A stretch of 54,525 bases of DNA from Opitutales bacterium (lineage in GTDB: Bacteria; Verrucomicrobiota; Verrucomicrobiia; Opitutales; Seribacteraceae): the NCBI GenBank assembly GCA_038136415.1, contig JAYPZT010000001.1, forward strand, positions 1-54,525, in the 5' to 3' direction. The notes beneath the pieces are model-generated. The model searched no databases and was not told where the DNA came from. It saw only the letters and a list, made by a program, of their open reading frames with translations. Below are positions 20,348 to 31,338 of the stretch, piece by piece; position 1 is the stretch's first letter; each line of letters starts with the position of its first letter. A program made the translations under genes and the position numbers.

Positions 20348-21111
20348 AAGCCTTGCGCAATTGTCTCTGCCTAGACATAGGCAATACCACATGCCGACTT
20401 GGTGCGTGGGAAGACGGGGCAATTGGTGAACAAGCAAGTATTCCCACATCTCAGTTTGCTGCTGAACCCGAACTATCGCTAGCCTCTTGGAAGCATATTA
20501 AGCAAATCAGTTATTGTTCCGTTGTCCCCGACGCTGAAAAATCCTTCCAAACTGCACTCAGTTCCTCCAAAGAACATAAAATTTTTTCCTTAACTGCCGA
20601 AAATCAATTTACTCTGCCAATTGATTATCCTTCAGTTAAAGAGATTGGCTCCGACCGAATCGCCAATTCCTATGCTGCTTTTAAAAAATATAAACTACCA
20701 GCAGTAGTGATTGATTTAGGCACCGCGACAACTTTTGATGTCATCACCGAAACGGGGTACGCAGGCGGTGTTATTGTACCCGGCCCGCAAGGCTTTCTTG
20801 ATTTTTTAGGGACAAGAACGGCTCTTCTTCCCCACCTTAGTTACCATGATTGCAGTCAAAAAATAAATGCTATTGGGAAAAGCACCGTGGAGGCCATGCT
20901 GAGCGGCTTACAATTTGGGTATTTACCGATGCTACAGGGCATACTTGACTCCATTACACAGGAAATATGCCCGTCTGGGAAAAAGAGGGTTTCAGTCATT
21001 CAAACGGGAGGCGAATGTGAGAGATTTCTGATGGAGGATGCTATTCTGAATAAAGCATTAACTTTGGAAGGGCTTGCCATGGCATACTTTGACCAACAAC
21101 CTCGTATCTGA
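20344..21111 (+). CDS. coaX: Type III pantothenate kinase
   Basis: DIGNT, SVVP, IGSDR, DLGTATT, GG.I.PG and TGG. GTG 20344 overlaps the birA stop and is preferred over the longer ORF start. Confidence 0.92.
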   Translation: MKALRNCLCLDIGNTTCRLGAWEDGAIGEQASIPTSQFAAEPELSLASWKHIKQISYCSVVPDAEKSFQTALSSSKEHKIFSLTAENQFTLPIDYPSVKEIGSDRIANSYAAFKKYKLPAVVIDLGTATTFDVITETGYAGGVIVPGPQGFLDFLGTRTALLPHLSYHDCSQKINAIGKSTVEAMLSGLQFGYLPMLQGILDSITQEICPSGKKRVSVIQTGGECERFLMEDAILNKALTLEGLAMAYFDQQPRI

Positions 21112-21117
21112 AGGATC

Positions 21118-22131
21118 ATGAGTACAGAAAGTAAGCCCCTGCCCATTGTTGAGGTGATCAACCTCAGGAAAAGGTATGGTCTTGTTCAAGCACTCAAAGG
21201 CATCAGTTTCTCTATTGGCAAAGGAGAAATAGTTGGGTTCCTCGGCCCAAATGGTGCGGGGAAAAGTACCACTCTGAAAATCTTATCGGGCTTAATCGCT
21301 GCTGACTCAGGAGAAGCCAAAGTATGTGGAGTTGATCTTGCAGAAGAAGGTGGAGAGGTGAGGCATCACATTGGATTTCTTTCGGAGAACAATCCATTGC
21401 CTGATGAACTAAGAGTTGTGGAATATTTAAGCTTTAGAGCTAACCTTAAAGGCTTACGAGGCAGCCGGAAAAGAGATAGAATCAAGTTCGTTTTAGATGC
21501 ATGTGACTTGGAAAGAAGAACCGCAGAAAGAAAAATCAGTTCTTTATCAAAAGGGTTTCGTCAACGGGTTGGCATTGCGGATGCCATGCTTGCAGAACCA
21601 AGATTAATTATACTTGATGAACCCACCATTGGTTTAGATCCCGTACAAACTGCGATTACCCGAAAAATGATGGACCGTTTACGCGGAGAAGTCTCCATAA
21701 TTCTTTCCAGTCATATATTATCAGAAGTGGAAGCCTGTTGTGACCGAATGATCATTCTAAGTCACGGACAAATTGTTGCGGAAGGCTCACTCACTGAACT
21801 ACAAGATCGTTTTGTTGATAAGATTGAATTTGAAGTTGTGGCCAACGAATCAAGAATGATCATGCAGAAAGCGATCAATCAGATAGATGACAAATGCCAG
21901 CTTATCCAGGATTACCCTATCGAAAATACCGGTAAGAAAAGATTTCTTTTCAGAACAGAAAAAGATGAGAATCAAGTCATGAAAATTCTTAAAGTGCTAG
22001 TGCATTCTAATGACTTATCCATTTCTGAATTTAAAATCTCTAAACCTGACTTGGAGGATATTTTTCTCAAAGCAACCAAGTATAATTGGGAAACCCAGGA
22101 CTTACTGGGCAGGAAAAAATTAAAAATATAA
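21118..22131 (+). CDS. ABC transporter ATP-binding protein (GldA-like)
   Basis: GPNGAGKST, LSKGFRQRVG (GldA-type signature), LDEPT and SSH. Confidence 0.88.
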   Translation: MSTESKPLPIVEVINLRKRYGLVQALKGISFSIGKGEIVGFLGPNGAGKSTTLKILSGLIAADSGEAKVCGVDLAEEGGEVRHHIGFLSENNPLPDELRVVEYLSFRANLKGLRGSRKRDRIKFVLDACDLERRTAERKISSLSKGFRQRVGIADAMLAEPRLIILDEPTIGLDPVQTAITRKMMDRLRGEVSIILSSHILSEVEACCDRMIILSHGQIVAEGSLTELQDRFVDKIEFEVVANESRMIMQKAINQIDDKCQLIQDYPIENTGKKRFLFRTEKDENQVMKILKVLVHSNDLSISEFKISKPDLEDIFLKATKYNWETQDLLGRKKLKI

Positions 22132-22147
22132 GGTAAAATTTAGCTCC

Positions 22148-22927
22148 ATGTATGGTTTTATCCAAATCTTTAAGCAAGAGATCTTTTGTTTATTCATTTC
22201 TCCTGCGACCTATGTTTCCACTTTTTATTTTGTTTCCCTCATTGGTATTTGCTTCCGGTTTTTCCTAGAACATTTCAGTGGTACAAACTGGATATTACCT
22301 CCGCTTTCTTCCTTAATGGTAGGTCTTCTCTTTTGCTCTCCTGGCATTATCCCCTTTCTAACAATGAGATCATTTTCTGAAGAGAGAAAACTGGGCACAC
22401 TCCATGTACTCATGACTGCCCCCGTATCACCACTCGCCCTGGTTCTCGGCAAGTGGGTAGCTAGTTTCATCCTTCTGTTCACAATATTTGGGCTAACCTT
22501 TTGTTATCCAATTTTGACTACATTGCTCTTTCCTGAACAGAGCCTCTTCTTGGAATTTGATAATTTTGCCCAATGGGCATCGATCATAATTTTTTTATTT
22601 TTCTATGGGGCAAGTTTTACAGCGATTGGCATTTTTTCCAGTACTTTGACCAAGAATCAAATGGTTTCGGGTATGTTAACCTTTACTTTGATTTCTATCT
22701 ATTTGGCAATTATGACATTTTCTTATGAAACTGCGGTGAATTACAATGATTCTATCAATGTTGTCGAAATGATCTTTGCTGCCTTACATTCAACATTCAA
22801 CGGACTCGCTAAAATCGATCATTTCTCTATGGGTTTGGTTGATGTAAGATCAATTTTGCATCAATTACTTGTGACGATCTTTTTTTTATTTTTTTCAGTC
22901 TTACGTATCGAAAGGCTAAGAAAGTAA
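22148..22927 (+). CDS. ABC-2 type permease (GldF-like)
   Basis: About six TM segments; P.LTMRSFSEERK.GT..L.T.P, VLGKW and S.LTKNQ. Confidence 0.85.
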   Translation: MYGFIQIFKQEIFCLFISPATYVSTFYFVSLIGICFRFFLEHFSGTNWILPPLSSLMVGLLFCSPGIIPFLTMRSFSEERKLGTLHVLMTAPVSPLALVLGKWVASFILLFTIFGLTFCYPILTTLLFPEQSLFLEFDNFAQWASIIIFLFFYGASFTAIGIFSSTLTKNQMVSGMLTFTLISIYLAIMTFSYETAVNYNDSINVVEMIFAALHSTFNGLAKIDHFSMGLVDVRSILHQLLVTIFFLFFSVLRIERLRK

Positions 22928-22933
22928 AGACCG

Positions 22934-24544
22934 ATGAATTTCAGACATTCCAGCCGCAATAAAAAAATGGAGCTTTGGATCGTAGTTTTACTTTCCATTA
23001 CCTTTTTTTTATCAGGAAGCTATCTTATTTCAAAAGTGAATCTTCAATTTGATTTATCACCCAAATCATCCTTTTCACTCTCCAATGAAACCCTAGCTAT
23101 TTTGGACAAGATCGAGCAGCCCATTGATATACTGATTACCTTGGAAAAGAACTCACTTACCCCAAAAGTTATCAATAAATTTTATTCAGATATCAATATT
23201 CTCCTCGATCAGTTTGAGCACCAAGTAAAGGGAAACAAGATTCGGATACACAGGCTTGATATTGATCGTATAAATCCAAGAAACAACGCCATTGCAGATA
23301 GATATAATCTTAGAGAAAGAAATATCATTGCAGTTGCCTCCCCTGAAGTTGGTAAAAGAATTATTTTTAGGTACAAGCAAGATTCTGCCTCCAATCCATA
23401 CGATACAGGAAGCGTATTCCGTTCCAGTGATTCACTAGCCAGAGAAGCTTTATGGGAGTCAGAATTTTATACAGACTGGAAGGAAGCACCCGGGGGGATT
23501 CTCGAGCCAGCACTCTTTAGAGGTGAAGCAGTTATCACGAAATCGATTTTAAACCTGATTCACTCCTCCGCAGGTAAACCTGATAAAGTATATTTCACGG
23601 TTGGACATGGAGAAAAAAGCCCTGAAGATAATTCTGACACCGATGGTTTCTCATCCTTTAGGCAATTAATCGAAGATAAAAACCTGCAAGTATCCACTGT
23701 CGATTTAACCTCTACGGAAGGAGTACCCAATGATGCGAAAATCTTAATTATAAATGGGCCACAAGCATCCTTTCACGAATCAGAAATAAATTACATCAGA
23801 CAATTCCTCAACCACAGGGGCGGAAATGTTTTAACTTTGCTTGATCCAGTAGATGGAAACGAACTAAGCAGCCGACCTGCATTTGGATTAAGACCCCTGT
23901 TGAAAGAGTGGGACATTCGCTGTCACGATATGCTTGTTTATGACGACAACTACCAGAATTTCGATGTCTTTAGTAATTCCTATTTTGTGCGTACTTTCCC
24001 TCGAGGCATCACCCACAAAATAACTCAGGAAATTATGAATCTTGGTTCGGCCATCAAAACCGGCAAATGTAGACCAGTTGAAGTAATTTCCAAAAAACAA
24101 AATACAGACGCCATCGAACTTCTCTACACATCATCAAATTCATGGGCTTTATCAAATTGGACGAATCGTGAAACACCTCCCCAGAAAAATGCTTTGTTGG
24201 ACATGGATGGCCCAATCCCCATTCTCGCAATTTCAGACGCCTCCAAAAATAGATCTGATTTCCCGGGAAGCATTACTGGAAAACTTGCAGTGTTAGGATG
24301 CTCAGAGACCCTTAACAACAAAAACCTCAGATCCAGTACGGCCAATCAAATGCTATCAAATAATTTACTCTATTGGTTCTTGGACCAAAATGACATGCTC
24401 AATATCAAGTCAAGAGCACTACCCTCTTACTCGATAACTTTGTCTCCCGAACAATTTATTCAACTATCCTACGCCTTGTGCGGGATACCGGTTGCATCTC
24501 TGTTTTTTGGCCTCTTCATTAATTGGCTCAGAAAAGACATCTGA
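22934..24544 (+). CDS. GldG-like ABC auxiliary (GIFT domain) protein
   Basis: N-terminal TM, DLS...FSLS..T, FRGE..IT..I, VYFTVGHGE, GP, N..L..N...W and a C-terminal TM ending W.RK. Confidence 0.82.
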   Translation: MNFRHSSRNKKMELWIVVLLSITFFLSGSYLISKVNLQFDLSPKSSFSLSNETLAILDKIEQPIDILITLEKNSLTPKVINKFYSDINILLDQFEHQVKGNKIRIHRLDIDRINPRNNAIADRYNLRERNIIAVASPEVGKRIIFRYKQDSASNPYDTGSVFRSSDSLAREALWESEFYTDWKEAPGGILEPALFRGEAVITKSILNLIHSSAGKPDKVYFTVGHGEKSPEDNSDTDGFSSFRQLIEDKNLQVSTVDLTSTEGVPNDAKILIINGPQASFHESEINYIRQFLNHRGGNVLTLLDPVDGNELSSRPAFGLRPLLKEWDIRCHDMLVYDDNYQNFDVFSNSYFVRTFPRGITHKITQEIMNLGSAIKTGKCRPVEVISKKQNTDAIELLYTSSNSWALSNWTNRETPPQKNALLDMDGPIPILAISDASKNRSDFPGSITGKLAVLGCSETLNNKNLRSSTANQMLSNNLLYWFLDQNDMLNIKSRALPSYSITLSPEQFIQLSYALCGIPVASLFFGLFINWLRKDI

Positions 24545-24545
24545 T

Positions 24546-26282
24546 ATGAAAAATAAAATATTCATACTACTGCTGGTAAATATAGTTCTGTTTTTATTTA
24601 TTTTTTATAATTCAGAGGATCAATCAAAGGATAATAGCTTAGACGACATTGCTTTTTCGACACTTTCTCAGTTCAATTCCTTTTCCATTGAAACCAGCGA
24701 TAATCGTCAACTCGAAGTCGTAAATGAACAAGATAAGTTATGGCGCTCCACGGCCCCAATATCCTGGGAAATCAGCCAATTCCTAGTTTCCGAATTAATT
24801 GCTCATTTAGCAAACCTTGAAGCTATTCATTTTTCCAACGCTGAGGAGTTGTATGCAAAAGGTGAGAAGTTTTCGGATTATGGAATTAGCGATAACTCGC
24901 AAAAGCTTCACCTGCATGCAAATGGTTCTTCTCTCACTTTGACCAAGGGAAACCCCACCAGAGATCAAAATTTCTATTACTTCTTGGTTCAGCACACGAA
25001 GCAAAAAAAGGCACTGTGGAAGATTGAAAAATCTTTTACCAAATTTTTTAAACTTTCATTAATCGAATGGATCGATCGATCGATCTTGAAATCCCCCATA
25101 TTTTCAATCGATAAAATTACTCTGAATACAGAAGAGCAAAACGATTCTAAAATCGTCAGGCTATCCAGAAACGAAGATCGCTGGAAAATGCTACTTCCTA
25201 TGGTCTCAGAAGTTGATCAAAATGAATTGCTCTTCCTATTAAATAAAATAGCAACCATTGAAATAGAAGACATCGTGGATCCCGACCTTGTTCCTGAAAT
25301 GCCCTCTTGGGATTGTAATTTCACATTCAATGCGATGACCGAAAATACATCCATAAGGTTTCAATATTTTGAACATGAAAACCAAAATATATTAGTTTGC
25401 AGTTCCTCTTCATGGAAACCGCGTTTTTTGATTAATCCAGAATCTAAATCAATTTTCGAGAATTGGAGTAACAGAATAAGAAACAAAAAGCTCTGGAATC
25501 TTTCTCTCGAAAAAATTGAGAAAATCAAAATCAGAAATTCGGAAAACACGCTCACTCTGAGAAGGAAGGACTTTACTTCTTGGGTCGGTAATCAATCTGA
25601 ATCTAATAGCTCTCAGCAAAAAACTTATGCTCTCGATTCAACTAAAATTGATGAATTCATCCATCAATTAAATGATATTCAAATTAGTGAACTTTTGCGA
25701 TTTAATCCAACTCAAGATGACCTTACCAATGAAGGTTTTGGCAGGCCTTCCCACACACTGGAGATAGAGTTCTCCGACTCAACTAAATCCCAGATTCAGA
25801 TTAATAAAACTTCTGAAGAAGTTTCTTTCTGGAAGCTTTTTGTTATGGAAAAATCTTTAATCTGTTTAACTCAAACTAATTGGGAAATGATTTTAAGAAC
25901 AGACATCAAAGAATTTATGACTCGGGAGGTGGGAGAGACAGATGCATCCTATGAAAGAATTGAGTTTATCTTACAAGAAGACAACTCTTCGGTGGTTACC
26001 ATTTCTGAAGAGAGTCACGGTGAATTATTTCAAATGATCTGTGAGATTAGAGCAGAAGAGATTTTAAACGACAGTTTAGATCCAGACGGAATCTGGCATG
26101 AAGGAAATTGGATACCCTGGACTTTCAAAGCCAATTTTTTTGATAATTCAGGAATCAAAAATTCCATATTCTTTTGCAAAAATTCTTCTCACTGGTTTGG
26201 AGGCACTATGTACAACGAAATTACCTTCTCACTGCCATTACCTGTTTCGGATTCTTTGAGTAGATTACTTCTGCAAGAATAA
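24546..26282 (+). CDS. DUF4340-like periplasmic protein
   Basis: N-terminal anchor, repeated W....P / DYG[IL] / GF..P elements, and the usual position after GldG. ATG 24546 follows the GldG stop. Confidence 0.6.
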   Translation: MKNKIFILLLVNIVLFLFIFYNSEDQSKDNSLDDIAFSTLSQFNSFSIETSDNRQLEVVNEQDKLWRSTAPISWEISQFLVSELIAHLANLEAIHFSNAEELYAKGEKFSDYGISDNSQKLHLHANGSSLTLTKGNPTRDQNFYYFLVQHTKQKKALWKIEKSFTKFFKLSLIEWIDRSILKSPIFSIDKITLNTEEQNDSKIVRLSRNEDRWKMLLPMVSEVDQNELLFLLNKIATIEIEDIVDPDLVPEMPSWDCNFTFNAMTENTSIRFQYFEHENQNILVCSSSSWKPRFLINPESKSIFENWSNRIRNKKLWNLSLEKIEKIKIRNSENTLTLRRKDFTSWVGNQSESNSSQQKTYALDSTKIDEFIHQLNDIQISELLRFNPTQDDLTNEGFGRPSHTLEIEFSDSTKSQIQINKTSEEVSFWKLFVMEKSLICLTQTNWEMILRTDIKEFMTREVGETDASYERIEFILQEDNSSVVTISEESHGELFQMICEIRAEEILNDSLDPDGIWHEGNWIPWTFKANFFDNSGIKNSIFFCKNSSHWFGGTMYNEITFSLPLPVSDSLSRLLLQE

Positions 26283-26308
26283 ATGCTTATTCCCCTTCAT
26301 TTCAAGAG

Positions 26309-28906
26309 ATGGGAGATAAAATTATAAATAAGTACCTTAAATATACCCGCAACTTTGTGGTGTTGTTTCTATGGATTGCCCTATCCATACAACTAATGTT
26401 CTTATTTGCGTCCTCTTATCGAATAACAATCCCAAGTTATATTACCAATAAACTTTTGAGTAGGGTTATTGATCATAATGATAAGCTTAAAATCTCCAAT
26501 GCGCATGTTATTGATTTTAATAAAATTAAAATAGACGATCTTAGTTGGGAAGAAAATTCATCGAAGATAAAAGCAAGGGATATTCAGCTGGCAGTTGTTT
26601 ATGATCCTGCAAGATTTCAAAATGGACTAAACATGACCGTAGGTGATCTGACCCTTGAAAGAAATGGGACTTTGCTGAAGGCAGAAAACTCAAGAATCAA
26701 ATATCACCAAAAGCAAATCAACATTATTACCCAAATAGCAACAGGGCAAAAACGCTTACATGCTCATATTTTTGTAGACATGGTCAAATTACCGCCAAGT
26801 CCTAAAAACCAGAAATTCAATTTGGCAAATGCACTTAATTACATGGATAATTTTTTTCAATTCTGTTCAGACTCAAACTTCTATCTTTATGGACAGTTTA
26901 CAGACAAAGTTGAACTTCATGCGTCATCATTTAACAATCTATCTGAGAAATCAAACAATGTAGCCCATCTACTTTACCAATCTGCATCTGATCTAAGCAA
27001 AAAGATATCGCTACAACTCCACTCCAAAACGAACAAATTTTCTGCATCAAACTACACTTTTAGCAGCGATGGTTTATTGGTTAATTTTGATGTCAATCTG
27101 GATAAGCAAAATAATCTCACAGGAATTAACCAATCCAAGCTATGCTTCAACTCAATCACTCTTCATGGTCCCATATCCGGGGAAATCCCTGGAATCCTCT
27201 TTTCGGCTCACTCCTTTAAAAAGGATCAAACTATTTTCAATTTATTCACCGACTCAAATAACCAAAAGATATCACTAGCCATTGAGAAAGGTGAAGTGCC
27301 TCGTTTATCTGGATTCTTTAAATTCAATCCAAGCTCCCTGAATCTTTTTGCCGATATGTCTTACGGCAAAACAAAAATCATAGATGGAGACAAACTAAAC
27401 ATCATCTTTCGGGACAACGATGAATCAAAAGAAAACGGAGGTATTGGTAATTTCAATGTAGCCGCCGATAATTTCTCTGCATTGGAAACGCCTCCGGGGA
27501 ATTTTATTTTTAATGGAAATATAAATCCTGAGTTTTCTATCTTCATTCATAGTGCATACGGAAAATTTGGTGCCAGTGAAGCATTTGGTAAGTATGAGCA
27601 ACACTGGAACCCGTTAAAATATAAGTTCACCCTCGAAGGAAATTGTCTCCCCACGGATATTAATCCATGGCTCGGTTTATGGTGGTCGAGAATATGGGAT
27701 GATTTTTCTTTTGGCAGGGAATCACCCTATGGGAAGTTTACCATTTCGGGGATTTGGGGAGGACCATCAGGAAATTGTCTAACTAGCGGATTAATCCGAG
27801 GAAAAGACATTGTTTACCGGGACCTAAAGTTTACTGATTCTTATTTAAATATTTTAGTGAAAGACTCTTTCACCACCGTTCATTGCGAAAACCTTACTCA
27901 CTCCACAGGAGATCTATCAGGTTCATTAATTTTTTCTCCTAAAACACATTCAAACCCTCACTTTGAATTCAAACTTAAGGGTCAGTATCCCCTCAATGAA
28001 GGACGGGGTATTTTTGATTCCCAAACGAAAAAAGTCCTGCAGGATATCAATTGCTCAGTCGTAGATATTGAGGGAGAAGGAACTGTATTTTATGATAAAC
28101 CAAGTACAACCGAAGATGATAATCAGACTCATTTTTCCTTGAGCCTAAACTCAAACGACGAAATTAAGTACAAAAATATTCCCATCCAATCTTTTTCGGG
28201 AAATGTCTCCAGAAAGGAAGGCTTATTAACCATAGATCTGCCCAGCCTTTCGATAGCCAACGGACAGGGTACTTTATTCGCCAAAGAAGTTTCCAAAACA
28301 TCGCAATTAGTGCAGACTAATCTCAAATTAGAATCTGCTTCTTTTGCAGAGTTATCGAATATTTTTGAACCACTTACACTTGATGCATCAAGCCCAGCAG
28401 AGGTAGATCTTGCCAGTTCCTCCTCAAAAAGAAACGGATTGGTTAACTTAAATTTTTCCGGAATTGGTCCGAGCGATAATCCGAATCAATTTGAAGGGAC
28501 TGGTGCAATTTCACTTAATGATCTCGATGTAGGACGCATTAATATATTGGGAGGTATTCGCAAGAATCTTGGAAGGTTCAACCTGCCGCTTCCATCTGAT
28601 GCTTTGCGCTTTAATTCATTATTTATTCCCTATCGTGTAGAAAACGAATCATTGTTGTTTGATAATTTTGAATTAGCAGGTCCAATTTCAAGAATATCTG
28701 GTGCCGGGACATGTGACATTAATTCCCAAACTGTCGAAATAGACGCAGACTTTCAATTATTAGGAGGAGTCAATATACCAGTGATCAAGCAAATCATTAG
28801 TATTGCCGACCCTATTACCAAATTAAGCCAGATTAAAATCAGCGGTCCGTTTAGCAATCCCGATTGGGAGATTCAAATCTCTCCGCTTAAACAAAATAAC
28901 GAGTAA
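26309..28906 (+). CDS. AsmA-like (bridge-type) envelope protein
   Basis: N-terminal TM and beta-rich body; the C-terminal G.G.I.L...F..L...G.G..D...I.ISGPFSNPDW pattern resembles AsmA-like C-termini. Confidence 0.6.
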   Translation: MGDKIINKYLKYTRNFVVLFLWIALSIQLMFLFASSYRITIPSYITNKLLSRVIDHNDKLKISNAHVIDFNKIKIDDLSWEENSSKIKARDIQLAVVYDPARFQNGLNMTVGDLTLERNGTLLKAENSRIKYHQKQINIITQIATGQKRLHAHIFVDMVKLPPSPKNQKFNLANALNYMDNFFQFCSDSNFYLYGQFTDKVELHASSFNNLSEKSNNVAHLLYQSASDLSKKISLQLHSKTNKFSASNYTFSSDGLLVNFDVNLDKQNNLTGINQSKLCFNSITLHGPISGEIPGILFSAHSFKKDQTIFNLFTDSNNQKISLAIEKGEVPRLSGFFKFNPSSLNLFADMSYGKTKIIDGDKLNIIFRDNDESKENGGIGNFNVAADNFSALETPPGNFIFNGNINPEFSIFIHSAYGKFGASEAFGKYEQHWNPLKYKFTLEGNCLPTDINPWLGLWWSRIWDDFSFGRESPYGKFTISGIWGGPSGNCLTSGLIRGKDIVYRDLKFTDSYLNILVKDSFTTVHCENLTHSTGDLSGSLIFSPKTHSNPHFEFKLKGQYPLNEGRGIFDSQTKKVLQDINCSVVDIEGEGTVFYDKPSTTEDDNQTHFSLSLNSNDEIKYKNIPIQSFSGNVSRKEGLLTIDLPSLSIANGQGTLFAKEVSKTSQLVQTNLKLESASFAELSNIFEPLTLDASSPAEVDLASSSSKRNGLVNLNFSGIGPSDNPNQFEGTGAISLNDLDVGRINILGGIRKNLGRFNLPLPSDALRFNSLFIPYRVENESLLFDNFELAGPISRISGAGTCDINSQTVEIDADFQLLGGVNIPVIKQIISIADPITKLSQIKISGPFSNPDWEIQISPLKQNNE

Positions 28907-28999
28907 AACGAAATAATAAATGAGACATCCCAATTCAAACATTGCCAGAGGAAGATATTTTCCTTTCATTTATGTGAAACACTAACGGAGGATATTATT

Positions 29000-29458
29000 T
29001 TGGACTTAAGTGAACTCAAAGGGATAATTTCAATGATGCAAAAATCTGATCTATCCGAATTGGAGATAGAGGTTAAAGATTTAAAACTTAGATTAGCTCG
29101 ACCAGGAAATGGCCACTCCGGCCAATCAGTACGAGAGGTCGTAATGCATCCGCCAGCCGTTCCAGTTGCGACGAACCAACCCTCCACACCAAGTACTGAG
29201 GCGAAAACGGACGACAACCTTTCAACTTTCAATTCACCCATGGTAGGTACATTCTACCGGAAGCCCTCCCCTGATGATCCGGAGTTTGTTAAAGTCGGCG
29301 ACAACATTAAGAAAGGCGATGTACTTTGTATTATTGAGGCAATGAAGGTAATGAACGAGATTCAAGCAGAGGAATCTGGTCAGATTGTTGAAATTCTCGC
29401 AGAGGACAGCAACAGCGTCGAGTACGGACAAGCACTTTTCAAAATACGCCCTTCCTAA
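29000..29458 (+). CDS. accB: Acetyl-CoA carboxylase biotin carboxyl carrier protein
   Basis: [17 protein letters not shown] (biotinyl Lys) and VEYGQ; TTG start with GGAGGA RBS at 28987-28992. Confidence 0.96.
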   Translation: MDLSELKGIISMMQKSDLSELEIEVKDLKLRLARPGNGHSGQSVREVVMHPPAVPVATNQPSTPSTEAKTDDNLSTFNSPMVGTFYRKPSPDDPEFVKVGDNIKKGDVLCIIEAMKVMNEIQAEESGQIVEILAEDSNSVEYGQALFKIRPS

Positions 29459-29467
29459 TCTCTCAGC

Positions 29468-30850
29468 ATGATTAAAAAGATTTTAATCGCCAATCGTGGT
29501 GAGATTGCCCTTCGCATTGTAAGAGCCTGCAGAGAACTGGGTATCCAGACCTTGGCCGTGTATTCTGAAGCAGATGAACAGTCTCTTCATGTACAGCTTG
29601 CTGACGAAGCAATTTGTATTGGTCCTGCAGCGGGTGCAGAAAGCTACCTTAGGGCAGACCGTATTCTCAGTGCAGCCGAGATTGCAGATGTCGATGCTAT
29701 CCACCCAGGATATGGGTTTCTCTCTGAAAATGCTGAATTCGCGGAACAATGCGAGTCCTGCAATATTACTTTTATTGGACCAAGATCTGATACCATATCC
29801 AGAATGGGTGACAAAGCAGTTGCCCGGGAAACGGTCGCCAAAGCGGGCGTCCCGATTATTCCTGGAAGTGACGGCCCGATTGAGGATGAATCCCAAGCGA
29901 TAAAAATAGCTCAGAAAATTGGCTTTCCTGTGATTATCAAAGCCGTAGCTGGCGGCGGTGGCCGGGGGATGAGAATTGCCCATAATGCCGTTTCATTTGC
30001 CAAAGAATTTCAATCAGCCAGGCTTGAAGCGACCAAAGCCTTCGGAAACGGTTCCCTTTATGTGGAAAAATACCTGGAAAACCCAAGACATATAGAATTT
30101 CAGGTTTTAGCAGACATGCATGGCAATGCTATACATCTGGGAGAGCGTGACTGCTCGGTTCAAAGAAGGCACCAAAAAGTCATTGAAGAAGCCCCCTCCC
30201 CCTTTCTTGATAAAAACCTGCGTAACCGTATGGGTAAAGCTGCCCTCAAAGCCGTGAGTGCAGTCAATTATGTAAATGCCGGAACCATTGAATTTCTGGT
30301 CGATGCAAAAGGTAATTTTTACTTCATCGAAATGAATACCAGGATTCAGGTCGAGCACGCGGTGACCGAGGAAGCGACCGGAGTGGACCTAATCAAGGAA
30401 CAAATTCAAGTTGCATCCGGTAACAGACTGTCAATTTCGCAAAAAGATGTTGTTCTGGCTAAGCATGCAATTGAGTGTAGAATCTGTGCGGAAAACCCAT
30501 CCCGGAACTTTGCTCCATCCCCAGGAACCATTGGTTTGTACTATGCTCCTGGCGGACACGGTGTTCGGGTTGATTCCCATGTTTATGGGGGGTATACCGT
30601 ATCCCCGTATTACGATAGCATGATTTGCAAATTGATTGCACATGGGAGGACCAGGAAAATCGCATTGGATAGAATGTATCGGGCTCTGAGTGAGTACATC
30701 ATAAGAGGAATTGATACCAATATTGAATTCCTAAAAGCCGTAATTCTTGATCCAGGTTTCCGGCAAGGGGAAGCAACCACATCGTATGTCGAAGAGTTTT
30801 TATCAAGAGCACCCAAAGAAGTTTTTCAGAATTCTTCCAAAGAATCATAA
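29468..30850 (+). CDS. accC: Acetyl-CoA carboxylase biotin carboxylase
   Basis: [48 protein letters not shown] and YYDSMI. Confidence 0.97.
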   Translation: MIKKILIANRGEIALRIVRACRELGIQTLAVYSEADEQSLHVQLADEAICIGPAAGAESYLRADRILSAAEIADVDAIHPGYGFLSENAEFAEQCESCNITFIGPRSDTISRMGDKAVARETVAKAGVPIIPGSDGPIEDESQAIKIAQKIGFPVIIKAVAGGGGRGMRIAHNAVSFAKEFQSARLEATKAFGNGSLYVEKYLENPRHIEFQVLADMHGNAIHLGERDCSVQRRHQKVIEEAPSPFLDKNLRNRMGKAALKAVSAVNYVNAGTIEFLVDAKGNFYFIEMNTRIQVEHAVTEEATGVDLIKEQIQVASGNRLSISQKDVVLAKHAIECRICAENPSRNFAPSPGTIGLYYAPGGHGVRVDSHVYGGYTVSPYYDSMICKLIAHGRTRKIALDRMYRALSEYIIRGIDTNIEFLKAVILDPGFRQGEATTSYVEEFLSRAPKEVFQNSSKES

Positions 30851-30856
30851 TCCGTC

Positions 30857-31321
30857 ATGACCAAGAAAAAAGTATCTCCATCATTGGATAGCAGTGAATC
30901 AATCCCCACTCTCTCGGAAGAGTCGAGCGAACTTGGTTCCATCAGAATTAATCACAGCGTCGTGGCCGGAATCGTCCGCCTCGCAACCCAGTCCGTTGCC
31001 GGGGTTATTAATGTCGGGGGCGGCGGTGTGGTGGAAGGTCTGACAGATTTTTTTGCCAAGAAAGAATCTGAACGTGGCGTACAGGTTTCGGAAAGCGAGG
31101 ATGGAGGTTACGAAATTGAAGTCAGAGTGGTTTTACGCTTTGGCGTGGATCTGGCAAAAACCGGACTTCATATACAGGAAGCCATCCGTGATCAGATTCT
31201 CACCATGACTGGTAATCACGCGAAAACCATTGATGTTGTAATCGATGATATCAAACAGGAGTCGGCTGATAAACACTCCATGGATTCTGATGATTGGGAA
31301 GATTCCTCTTCATCTGACTAA
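30857..31321 (+). CDS. Asp23/Gls24-family envelope stress protein
   Basis: LG.I.I...VVA.I..LA...V.GV, GV.V, IQ..I...I..MTG and IDV.I.D. Confidence 0.85.
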   Translation: MTKKKVSPSLDSSESIPTLSEESSELGSIRINHSVVAGIVRLATQSVAGVINVGGGGVVEGLTDFFAKKESERGVQVSESEDGGYEIEVRVVLRFGVDLAKTGLHIQEAIRDQILTMTGNHAKTIDVVIDDIKQESADKHSMDSDDWEDSSSSD

Positions 31322-31338
31322 TAAACATTGCTCAATTT

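Noticed and set aside
21118-24544. Gliding motility locus
   Set aside because: GldA/F/G-like genes are widespread in non-gliding bacteria, and no gldK-N or spr genes are in the window.
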